42,965 nucleotides of DNA from positions 1 through 42,965 of IMG/VR virus record IMGVR_UViG_3300035544_000227. One strand, 5' to 3'. The DNA is from a virus. Its lineage: Duplodnaviria; Caudoviricetes. Under the pieces are notes generated by a model that was not told the origin of the DNA, made no database searches, and saw only the letters and a list, made by a program, of their open reading frames with translations. The position numbers and the translations under genes are program-made. Positions within the stretch are counted from its first letter, which is position 1; each line of letters begins with the position of its first letter. Of the stretch, positions 26,934-34,167 are shown in pieces.

Positions 26934-27293
26934 ATGGATGATAACGTTGCCTATGAGATGCGCGCCGGAGATTATCACGAGGTGGAAATCCCGGTGACCG
27001 TGGACGGGGTGGAGACCGACCTGACCGGCGTGGAGTTCGTCTATGTTTGGTCAAAAACGGAAGGTGGCGAGGCTATCTTCACCAAGACGGGCACGATCTC
27101 GTCCGAAGGTAAGGCCGTGGTGCAAATTGATCCCAATGACACGGCGACCCAAGAGCCTGGAGAATTCTACCACGAATGCAAGGTTCGAGGCGGCGACAAA
27201 CTGCCGGTCACGGCGGAATTCGAGGACAAGGTCACCAAGATGAAGCTGATCATGGTGAAGCTGTTGCCTAGTTCGGCAAAGTTTCCGGACTAG
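26934..27293 (+). CDS. BppU N-terminal-like baseplate/adaptor protein
   Basis: GD...EIPVT.DG..TDLTG...GKAVVQIDPNDT....GEFYHE. Confidence 0.55.
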   Translation: MDDNVAYEMRAGDYHEVEIPVTVDGVETDLTGVEFVYVWSKTEGGEAIFTKTGTISSEGKAVVQIDPNDTATQEPGEFYHECKVRGGDKLPVTAEFEDKVTKMKLIMVKLLPSSAKFPD

Positions 27294-27318
27294 ACACGGT
27301 GCGCGAAGAGTAGACGAG

Positions 27319-27345
27319 AAAGCCCCCGTTTTCGGGGGCTTTTTT
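27319..27345. terminator. Bidirectional intrinsic terminator
   Basis: AAAGCCCCCG-TTTT-CGGGGGCTTTTTT between convergent operons. Confidence 0.85.
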
Positions 27346-27754
27346 ATGGCAGTGCGGCGGCCAGCCGGGCGAAGTGTTTGTCCTTGGGCTTGATGTACTT
27401 GATTTCGGCGTGGCCGGTGTGAACCAAATCCTCCTGGAGGAGGCGGCCGTCCCGCCAGACCCAGGCCAGGAGGCGGCCGTATTTGCCGTAGCGCTTGCGG
27501 TCGTACTCCAGGTCAACCGCGCCGCCCTGGTCGAGCCAGGCCTGGACGTAGGCCTTGGCCTCCTTGCCCTCGGGGGTGGGCATCTCCGGGCAGTCCACGC
27601 CGAGCAGCCGCAGATTGACCTGGATGCCGCGCACCTCCACGCGCAGGGTGTCGCCGTCGATGACCCGGAGCACGTGCGCTTCCTCGGCCATGGCGGGCAG
27701 GGACAGGGCCAGGAGGAGCAGGGCGGTGAGGATGGGGGTGCGGATCATGGTCAT
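27344..27754 (-). CDS. Secreted thermonuclease (SNase family)
   Basis: Signal peptide ending LPAMA; RVIDGDTL, RLLGVDCPE, KYGRLLAWVW, LVHTGHA. Confidence 0.88.
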   Translation of the reverse strand: MTMIRTPILTALLLLALSLPAMAEEAHVLRVIDGDTLRVEVRGIQVNLRLLGVDCPEMPTPEGKEAKAYVQAWLDQGGAVDLEYDRKRYGKYGRLLAWVWRDGRLLQEDLVHTGHAEIKYIKPKDKHFARLAAALP

Positions 27755-27785
27755 GGTCGGTTTTTCTTAAGACAATATCACTCTG

Positions 27786-28070
27786 TTATCGTTTGTTTCT
27801 TTTATTTTTTGTTTTTTTGAGGTCTTCCCATGTGGTCGTTTGGGGTGGGGTCTCTTGAGTTTCCCCCTTCGTAACCGATCCTAACGATGGGCGCGAACTG
27901 ATTACGGCGGAGATGATGCCGATGCCCGCGATGGAGGCGACAAAAACCAACAGGGACATGGTGGTGTATAACTGATCCATGATGGATTTACTGGCGATGT
28001 AAGCAAGGCCAGTGTTCAGCAGTGACACGGTGGCCGTGATGAAGAGGATGACTTGTGCCAGTCTGTACAT
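27786..28070 (-). CDS. Small membrane protein (2 TM)
   Basis: Two hydrophobic helices and a basic tail; co-oriented with neighbours. Confidence 0.65.
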   Translation of the reverse strand: MYRLAQVILFITATVSLLNTGLAYIASKSIMDQLYTTMSLLVFVASIAGIGIISAVISSRPSLGSVTKGETQETPPQTTTWEDLKKTKNKRNKR

Positions 28071-28135
28071 CGGGGCGATTCCTTTGTCTGTGGGTCCTTT
28101 TTATCCATTGCCGGACAGATACTCAGAGAAATGAA

Positions 28136-28594
28136 TCATGCGGTTTCCTTGCCCTCATCCTTGGCCCAGGCGTTGCGCGGTGGCGGAAATGTTTCAAGGA
28201 TGGGGTCGACTTTGGACCCACAGTGTTTGCAAAGGCCGGCCTTTTTCTTGATCAGCTCGGCGCAGTGGGGGCACTCGCGTTCATCGGAGTAGAGATTTTC
28301 CGGGTCGAGCTTTTTGTCATAGCGGCAGGCCTTGCACAGCCGCAGGTGGCTGTATTGGACATGGCCGCACTTTCGGCATGTATCGGGCGGGGATACCTCT
28401 GAATGCTGGTTCCCTATTCTGGGGTCTATGGGTTTGTTGTTGGCTTCCTGGGGTTTCATCACCAGGGAGTGGACTAAAGCAATAGGAAAAAGAAATAAGC
28501 CGTAGAACCACCATGCGAGCGTTTCCCTTCCCTTGGATTTGGCAATAAAAGCTGGGACGAGTCCGAGCAGCGCGGCGATAACGAAATAGGACAT
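28136..28594 (-). CDS. Membrane protein with double zinc ribbon
   Basis: N-terminal TMs (LLGLVPAFIAKSKGR..WWFYG); CRKC/CKAC and CPHCAE...CKHCG; start taken at MSYF. Confidence 0.75.
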   Translation of the reverse strand: MSYFVIAALLGLVPAFIAKSKGRETLAWWFYGLFLFPIALVHSLVMKPQEANNKPIDPRIGNQHSEVSPPDTCRKCGHVQYSHLRLCKACRYDKKLDPENLYSDERECPHCAELIKKKAGLCKHCGSKVDPILETFPPPRNAWAKDEGKETA

Positions 28595-28610
28595 GGCAGC
28601 TCCAACAGCG

Positions 28611-28877
28611 TTATTTGGGCTGGACGATGAACGTGTCGTCCGGTCTGAGCACGACTTTGTAGACGTAGGCGTAGTCGTCGCAGACCACGGTGAACGCCAG
28701 GCCCTCTGGCTCACCGCCATCAAAAAAACCCTCGGTACATTCGCCACACATGTAGTTGTAAGTCTTGACCACCTTGGTCATCCCGGATCGCGTCTGTGCG
28801 TCGAGTTTTTTCCTGCCCGCCCAAACCATACCTACGGATGTAATCAGCACCAAGATAACCAGCATACTTTTTTTCAT
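28611..28877 (-). CDS. Small secreted/periplasmic protein
   Basis: Signal peptide MKKSMLVILVLITSVGMVWA; three Cys in the mature part. Confidence 0.65.
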   Translation of the reverse strand: MKKSMLVILVLITSVGMVWAGRKKLDAQTRSGMTKVVKTYNYMCGECTEGFFDGGEPEGLAFTVVCDDYAYVYKVVLRPDDTFIVQPK

Positions 28878-28973
28878 CTTGTTATCCACCTTATCGGTAT
28901 CTTCCCCGTGTTTGAATGCGTCTTGTCTATTGTTTCCACCGCAAATAAGGCCGGTCACCGTCCCCGGCCAAAG

Positions 28974-29495
28974 CTAGCCCTTGGTGTGATTGTCCTCCAT
29001 GCGTCCAGGCGGCCGCTTGGGTTCAGTGTTTTCCTGGGCGTAGGTCGGGCCTTCCGGCTCATTAGCCCGGCTTTCGGGCATGGCTGCGGACACTGTGTGA
29101 TACCAGGACCGTAAATTCTTTATCACGAATGGCAACATGTCCACAAGCGGGGTGCCCGGAGCGGCGCGTTCGATGCCGTCCACGCGTTCGGCGACCGGGC
29201 CGAGATGGGGGGCGGCCTTGCTGACCTCTCCCACTAGCATGCCGTTATCGCGACGGTAAGCCGCACTACGCCTCATTTCTCCCTCACCGAGCACTAACCA
29301 ATTGAGGTTGAGGTCTAAGTTTTCCGCCCATGCGCGTAAGTGTTTCGGCTTGGGGGAAGAAGACCCAGCTAAGATGTTTTTCAACGTCTTGGGGTCTATC
29401 TCACCTGCTTTTGCTAAGTCTGTGATGGATAATTTTTCCAATTCCGAGAGCCTTTTGAGGCGCTCTGAAAGTATTTCTTGGATATTTTTTCCCAT
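28974..29495 (-). CDS. CI-like XRE-family repressor without a recognisable S24 domain
   Basis: HTH SITDLAKAGEIDPKTLKNILAG and NLNWLVLGEGEM; divergent from a Cro-like gene. Confidence 0.8.
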   Translation of the reverse strand: MGKNIQEILSERLKRLSELEKLSITDLAKAGEIDPKTLKNILAGSSSPKPKHLRAWAENLDLNLNWLVLGEGEMRRSAAYRRDNGMLVGEVSKAAPHLGPVAERVDGIERAAPGTPLVDMLPFVIKNLRSWYHTVSAAMPESRANEPEGPTYAQENTEPKRPPGRMEDNHTKG

Positions 29496-29601
29496 AAAAA
29501 ATAAAAATTCCTTGACCTGCGCGGAAAAATTAGTCTAACAGTTTCGTCAACAGATAGCGAAAAACATCAACACAAACATTTAGCACAATGGGTTTCGTAT
29601 T
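29496..29601. promoter_or_regulatory. Divergent immunity control region
   Basis: AT-rich gap; TTGACC (29512, +) and TTGACG (29550-29545, -); palindrome TTAG-T-CTAA at 29530-29538; -10 boxes not clearly assignable. Confidence 0.6.
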
Positions 29602-29892
29602 ATGTCCAAGAAATCCCGTCAAGGCGTGATCTCGGGTTGGTTGAAGATGAACCAGGCGTCCGTGCGCCAGCTGGCCCTGCACTGCGGGTTGAGCGACGGC
29701 TCCATGAGCCGCCACTGCAACGCCGAGGAAGTGCCCACCGAAGTGCTGGCCGCCATGCGGACGTTCGTGACGCCCACCGGAAAACATATCCCCTCACAGT
29801 ATCTCCCCCTTGGCCGGGACAAAAAGCCCGGGCCCGAAAAAGGCTGGCTCGAGAAGAAGCTGGCCGAAGCGTCCGCCCAGGACGCGGCCTAG
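29602..29892 (+). CDS. Cro-like HTH protein
   Basis: SVRQLALHCGLSDGSMSRH HTH; first gene of the divergent operon. Confidence 0.65.
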   Translation: MSKKSRQGVISGWLKMNQASVRQLALHCGLSDGSMSRHCNAEEVPTEVLAAMRTFVTPTGKHIPSQYLPLGRDKKPGPEKGWLEKKLAEASAQDAA

Positions 29893-29911
29893 CGAAAACC
29901 CGTTCATCACG

Positions 29912-29950
29912 TCGATAGCACAAAATTTTGGCGGTATCACGCGGTAATAC
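29912..29950 (-). promoter_or_regulatory. Putative PRE-like leftward promoter with direct repeats over the -35 region
   Basis: Minus strand GTGATA-17 nt-TATCGA with extended TG; GCGGTATCAC/GCGGTAATAC 10-bp-period repeat at 29931-29950. Confidence 0.4.
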
Positions 29951-29965
29951 AGGAGGAATATTCCC

Positions 29966-30481
29966 ATGTCCGCAAATTTGAAGGCCCCCAACTACTACGA
30001 GGATTTGATCAGCGCCCTGCATGATCTGGTCAAGTTTGCGCCCAACGGCAACTCGGCCCGGCGCATCGCGGCGCTGATGAACCAGCCCTATTCGACCATG
30101 ATGAACTCCCTGTCGCAGGTGGATTCCAACGCCGGATGCCGGATGGACGCCGCGGCCCTGGAGGGGATCATCGGCGCGGCGGGCGGCGAGGTGTTCATGG
30201 CCCGGTACTTCGCGGGCAAGGCCGGCGGAATCTACGTGGACCTTCCGGTCTGCGACCTGGGCGCTGAGGACGCCCGCAAGGTGGCCATGCGGACCATGCG
30301 CGAGCTGGGCGAGGTGTGCCGCAGCTTCGAGGACGCCCTGGACGAGCGCGGCCCGGCCGGGTCGGACGTGACCGACGGCGAGTTGCGCGAGTTCGAGGCG
30401 CAGGCCACCCGGCTGATGGCCTCGACCAAACTCCTGTCCATGGCCTGCCGCCGTGTTCTGGAAGACAGGATGGAGGACTAG
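29966..30481 (+). CDS. Phage regulatory CII-family protein
   Basis: ARRIAALMNQPYSTMMNSL HTH, RELGEV...AL...VTDGE C-terminus; RBS AGGAGG; position after cro. Confidence 0.7.
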   Translation: MSANLKAPNYYEDLISALHDLVKFAPNGNSARRIAALMNQPYSTMMNSLSQVDSNAGCRMDAAALEGIIGAAGGEVFMARYFAGKAGGIYVDLPVCDLGAEDARKVAMRTMRELGEVCRSFEDALDERGPAGSDVTDGELREFEAQATRLMASTKLLSMACRRVLEDRMED

Positions 30482-30484
30482 ACC

Positions 30485-30904
30485 ATGGCAACGCCGAAAG
30501 GAGATATCCGGGCGATTCCGGCCGGACTGAGCACGGACCAGCGGCTGCGCGTGATGCGCATGGCCATGAGCCTGGAGCAGGGCAACGGCACGGACGCGGT
30601 GCTGTCCGCCTTTGACCGGATGATGGAGCGCATCTGCGCGGACGGGTTCCAGGTGGTGGCCACCGACACGTTCACCGCCTCGCTGGTGGAGAACTTTCTC
30701 GAAGCCGAGTGGGTGCCCGTCGAAAAGGGAAAAGTCCAGGCCAAGGATTTCTATGAGCGGTTCCGCGCCTCATGCGTCCGTGGCGGACTGAGCGAAAACG
30801 AGGTCCCGAGCATGCAGCGGGTCGGCCGGGTCATGCGCACCACGGTGCAGGTGCACGACAGCAACGTGACCTATTACCTCGGCATCGAGCCGAAGGAGGG
30901 GTAG
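30485..30904 (+). CDS. Protein with D5/P4-primase-type winged-helix DNA-binding domain
   Basis: VENFLE...VQAKDFYERFRASC..GG...SMQRVGR.M...YYLGI resembles the D5 C-terminal domain. Confidence 0.55.
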   Translation: MATPKGDIRAIPAGLSTDQRLRVMRMAMSLEQGNGTDAVLSAFDRMMERICADGFQVVATDTFTASLVENFLEAEWVPVEKGKVQAKDFYERFRASCVRGGLSENEVPSMQRVGRVMRTTVQVHDSNVTYYLGIEPKEG

Positions 30905-30908
30905 GGCG

Positions 30909-31853
30909 ATGACCGAGGCCGTGGACTACTATACCAGCCGGACGACTATCCCGGTATTCGAGCCGTACTCGGGGAAAATCTACCACGAGGAGCAGGTGCG
31001 CCACTACAAGCGCGAGACGTGCCAGCTGCTCAAGACCGGGCTCCGGGCTTTCCTGGACGCCGGTCACAGCCTGGAGCGGGCCGTGGTGTCCGTGAAGCAC
31101 AACGGCTGGCGGTTCCGGGCGGTCTGCCCCGCCGAGGGCAGGGTAACCTTCCTAACCCGCAATGATACGCCCTATCATTTTCCCGCTACTGAGCCGGTCC
31201 TAGTTGCCATGGCCGAGCGTATCCGCGACCTGCACGCCGACTGGCCGGGTGACGTCGTTTTCGACGGCGAGCTGACCACGCCGGACGACAACCCGGATAC
31301 CCTGCACGCGGAGATAGATGCGGGGAACGACGGCACGGGCCTGATCTATCGCGTCTTCGACGTCATCCACGAAGGGATGAGCCTGGAACAGCGGCTTGAG
31401 TTGCTGGAACAGGTTTACCCTTATTGCCGTCTCAACCGGCTGGTTGTCCGTGTGCCGCACATGGCCATTCGTCCGGCAACGGCCGCCAAGGTCGCGCGGA
31501 TCAAGGAACTGGCCGTGGCCGCCGGGCGCGAGGGCATCGTCATCAAGAATCTGGACGCGCCGTATATTTTCCGGCGGATTCCGGACTGGGTGCGCGAGGT
31601 GGCGGTGATCACCGAGGACCTGCCCGTGCTGCGCGTGGAGAAGCGCAGGGCCGGGCGCGTGTCCCTGATCTGCCTGCGCAAGGGCCGCGAGGTAGGCGTG
31701 TCCGCCGGGATATCGAATCGGCGCGGCCTGGATTTTCTCAAAAATGCCCCCAGACTGATCGAAGTCACCCATCGCGGGGAGACCCGCACCGGATCGTTGA
31801 AAAGCGCGTCCTTCGTGCGCGTACGCACCGACAAGGAGGATTCTCATGCCTGA
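30909..31853 (+). CDS. ATP-dependent DNA ligase-like protein (divergent)
   Basis: Motif I KHNGWR, FDGEL, YRVFDV, EGIVIK..DAPY, short OB-fold ending F.RVRTDK. Confidence 0.8.
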   Translation: MTEAVDYYTSRTTIPVFEPYSGKIYHEEQVRHYKRETCQLLKTGLRAFLDAGHSLERAVVSVKHNGWRFRAVCPAEGRVTFLTRNDTPYHFPATEPVLVAMAERIRDLHADWPGDVVFDGELTTPDDNPDTLHAEIDAGNDGTGLIYRVFDVIHEGMSLEQRLELLEQVYPYCRLNRLVVRVPHMAIRPATAAKVARIKELAVAAGREGIVIKNLDAPYIFRRIPDWVREVAVITEDLPVLRVEKRRAGRVSLICLRKGREVGVSAGISNRRGLDFLKNAPRLIEVTHRGETRTGSLKSASFVRVRTDKEDSHA

Positions 31854-32046
31854 GTCCACCGAGTTCACCCCATCGTTCAAGATCGTGTTTCCGGACAATC
31901 ATGTCCCGGCGAGTTCCGCTGTCGAACCCGAGTTCATTCGTGTCTGGATTGTTTTTTCCCCGGCCAAGTGGACTCCCGGCACGGAAGTGCCCGAAGACAT
32001 CAAGGAATGGGCCATTAGAGGCGTCAAGGAGTTCAACCATGCGTAG
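31846..32046 (+). CDS. Hypothetical protein
   Basis: RBS AAGGAGG, overlapping coupling. Confidence 0.6.
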   Translation: MPESTEFTPSFKIVFPDNHVPASSAVEPEFIRVWIVFSPAKWTPGTEVPEDIKEWAIRGVKEFNHA

Positions 32047-32269
32047 CGGAACCGAACGTCTGGAAGGGATCGTCGAAGAGATCGAGTCCCTGGTCAGCGA
32101 TGCCCGGGAGGGGCGGGTGCACCTGCGCAACGCGGGCCGGATCGGCTGCTACGGCGTGGTCCTGCGGTCCATCCTCAAGGCCGAGGAACAGGCTTCGGCC
32201 GCGGCGGCCGCCCGCGCGGCCCGGCCCGGCGGCCTGGACCACAGCGTTCCCGCCGGGGACAGGTGGTAG
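32039..32269 (+). CDS. Hypothetical protein
   Basis: RBS AAGGAG; MRSGTERLEGIVEEIESL; coupled to upstream gene. Confidence 0.6.
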   Translation: MRSGTERLEGIVEEIESLVSDAREGRVHLRNAGRIGCYGVVLRSILKAEEQASAAAAARAARPGGLDHSVPAGDRW

Positions 32270-32277
32270 CCGTGGGA

Positions 32278-32508
32278 ATGCCCAAGCCTAGAGCGTGCTG
32301 CAATCCCGGCGAGTACCGCTGCCAGATTCCGATGCCGATCAAAGGCCGGGTGCGGAGCATCGACTATTGCATCGCCGACATCGTGGCGGCGCTGAACGCA
32401 GCCAATATCAAGACCGTGGCCAGCTGCTGCGGCCACGGCCTGGCCGGGACCATCGCCCTGGAGGACGGCCGGGAGCTCACCATCACCTGGGGCGCGGACA
32501 GGCCGTGA
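32278..32508 (+). CDS. Small Cys-rich phage protein
   Basis: IDYCIADIVAALNAANIKTVASCCGHG motif; start uncertain (32263, 32272 or 32278). Confidence 0.65.
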   Translation: MPKPRACCNPGEYRCQIPMPIKGRVRSIDYCIADIVAALNAANIKTVASCCGHGLAGTIALEDGRELTITWGADRP

Positions 32509-32514
32509 AGAATT

Positions 32515-32632
32515 TCCCCGCCGTAGCGAAAGCCTGACAAGCGGCGGGGGGCAAAGTCCTGCCGGGAACGTTGAGACCGAGCAGGTACCTCACGTAATCG
32601 GGGAGGGCGGATCGGCCGCCCTCCCACCGAGG
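32515..32632 (+). ncRNA. Candidate structured RNA element (three hairpins)
   Basis: Stems 32515-32523/32542-32550, 32558-32565/32577-32585, 32601-32610/32616-32625 fill an intergenic gap. Confidence 0.35.
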
Positions 32633-32651
32633 AGAAGGAAGGAGGAAGGAC

Positions 32652-32801
32652 ATGACCTTTTTCACCGAGTTCGTCTCTGTCTTGGCCCTGCTGCTCATCC
32701 TGACCGCCGGATGGATCGGCTGCATGGTCGTGACCTGGCGGCGGGACAACCGCAAGCTGCGCCAGGGGCGGCTGGAGTTCGACCCGAGGATGAAGTCATG
32801 A
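32652..32801 (+). CDS. Small membrane protein (49 aa)
   Basis: Strong RBS AAGGAGG; one TM helix; ATGA coupling to next gene. Confidence 0.6.
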   Translation: MTFFTEFVSVLALLLILTAGWIGCMVVTWRRDNRKLRQGRLEFDPRMKS

Positions 32802-33184
32802 GCGATTGCAGGTTTTCCCCTGTCGCCGTGCTGCCCAAGTTCAAGGGCGGGAATGGGACGCTCAAGACCTCCTTCTACCCGGCCGAGCTGTGGAGCGACC
32901 GCGGCGGTCGGAGCGGGTTGTTCAGGGTCATGATCGCCACGGTGTTGCGTCGCAAGGTCCAGGATTGCCCGGAAGGGATCACCCACACCACGATCCTGCT
33001 GCGCCGGATCAACCGCAAGCTGGGGCCCATCTCCCAATTCAAGCGGGCCGCCGACCTGCGCGTCTTCATGGAGGAAGTCCTGGGCCTGACCCTGTCACGC
33101 TTCGGACGGCCCACATGGATGCTGGACGACGCCATGCTGGATCTGCTGGTGCGCATGGCCCCGACGTTCGGGAGGGCCGCATGA
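32798..33184 (+). CDS. Hypothetical protein
   Basis: MSDCRFSP start, ATGA overlaps at both ends. Confidence 0.6.
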   Translation: MSDCRFSPVAVLPKFKGGNGTLKTSFYPAELWSDRGGRSGLFRVMIATVLRRKVQDCPEGITHTTILLRRINRKLGPISQFKRAADLRVFMEEVLGLTLSRFGRPTWMLDDAMLDLLVRMAPTFGRAA

Positions 33185-33393
33185 TCGCCATCCCGTCGCC
33201 CAAGCACAAGCCCGGCCAGCCCGGCCCGGGGAATCTTCGTCTTCCGCAGCGCTGCATCGATACGCGCTGCCCGAGTCGGGACCGCTGCCGCCGCCCCGAG
33301 GCCCAGGGCCAGCCGCGCGACTTCTCTCTGAACCGGGCGGGCGCGGAGTTCTGCGGGTATTTCATGATCAGGGAGGGGGTGGACCGTGTCTGA
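33181..33393 (+). CDS. Small Cys-rich protein
   Basis: RCIDTRCPSRDRCRR...FCGYF; RBS GGGAGG. Confidence 0.6.
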   Translation: MIAIPSPKHKPGQPGPGNLRLPQRCIDTRCPSRDRCRRPEAQGQPRDFSLNRAGAEFCGYFMIREGVDRV

Positions 33394-33589
33394 CAAGAGC
33401 AAGGATCTCGCGCCCGACAGGCTGCGCTGTCAGGATTATGACTGTCCGTCGTGGCCGAGCGATTGCGCGCGGGCCGAGGCGTGGACGGGCCAGGGGCGGT
33501 TTACGTGGCTGCCGCTGTGCACGCGCCGCGCCAAGGCGCGGAAGTGCCACATGCGGATCGACCCGGTGACCTTGGAGGAGGGAAAGTGA
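33386..33589 (+). CDS. Small Cys-rich protein
   Basis: RCQDYDCPSWPSDCAR...C...C; RBS GGAGG, GTG start. Confidence 0.6.
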   Translation: MSDKSKDLAPDRLRCQDYDCPSWPSDCARAEAWTGQGRFTWLPLCTRRAKARKCHMRIDPVTLEEGK

Positions 33590-33723
33590 TGCCTGAACAA
33601 GACTTTGCCATGGATTTCATGCTGGCCGTGATTTGGGCGGTCCAACTCGAAGCGCCGTTGCGCGCCCTGGGAATCCGCACGGACGTCGAGGTGGAAGGCC
33701 CGCGCCGGAGCGACAATGCATAG
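33589..33723 (+). CDS. Hypothetical protein (44 aa)
   Basis: GGAGG RBS, TGATG coupling. Confidence 0.5.
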   Translation: MPEQDFAMDFMLAVIWAVQLEAPLRALGIRTDVEVEGPRRSDNA

Positions 33724-33838
33724 GCCGCCCACCACCCCGGAACGTGCCGAGCGCCGCCCGCTCGTCTGGTTCATCGGCTACGGAACGTGGATGGAAAACC
33801 ACCTGGCCCTGCGCAGGGCCGGGGAAGTCGTAAAATGA
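33716..33838 (+). CDS. Hypothetical protein (40 aa)
   Basis: GGAG RBS; MHRPPTTPERAERRPLVWFIGYG; fills the gap. Confidence 0.45.
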   Translation: MHRPPTTPERAERRPLVWFIGYGTWMENHLALRRAGEVVK

Positions 33839-33852
33839 GAGGAGAGTGGGCA

Positions 33853-33984
33853 ATGAATAACATCAGACTTTACATCGGCGGGGCCGTGATGATTGCCACC
33901 GGTTTTCTTTGTGCGCCGCAGATGGACACGCATGTATCCGTTGGACTGGCCCTGCTTTGGCTCGGCTTTGCGGCTGAAAATTAA
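33853..33984 (+). CDS. Small membrane protein (43 aa)
   Basis: GAGGAG RBS; two short hydrophobic segments. Confidence 0.5.
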   Translation: MNNIRLYIGGAVMIATGFLCAPQMDTHVSVGLALLWLGFAAEN

Positions 33985-33999
33985 AGAGGAAGGCAGGCA

Positions 34000-34155
34000 A
34001 TGACCAGATACGACAGCGACGGCGTGTTCCGCATCCCTTCCGGGATCGAGTGGGTCAAGGCCATGGCCAAGTTCGTGGCCGGATGCATCTGCCTGCTCAT
34101 TCTCATCGGTGCGGCCTCTTGGCTGGTTTGCCACCTGGCCGTCCACGGGAACTAG
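34000..34155 (+). CDS. Small membrane protein (51 aa)
   Basis: GAGG RBS; MTRYDSDGVF...FVAGCICLLILIGAASWLV. Confidence 0.5.
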   Translation: MTRYDSDGVFRIPSGIEWVKAMAKFVAGCICLLILIGAASWLVCHLAVHGN

Positions 34156-34167
34156 AAGGAGTCCCCC

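Noticed and set aside
19639-27293. Diversity-generating retroelement or invertible tail-fibre cassette
   Set aside because: No reverse transcriptase, no template/variable repeat pair noticed, no inverted fibre halves or adjacent invertase
27344-27754. Nuclease as the restriction partner of the MTases or as a plasmid partition gene
   Set aside because: It has a signal peptide and SNase motifs, is far from the MTases, and no ParA/ParB is present
32524-32540. Hammerhead ribozyme core (GAAA and CUGA present)
   Set aside because: CUGACAA does not match CUGANGA and the stem arrangement does not fit
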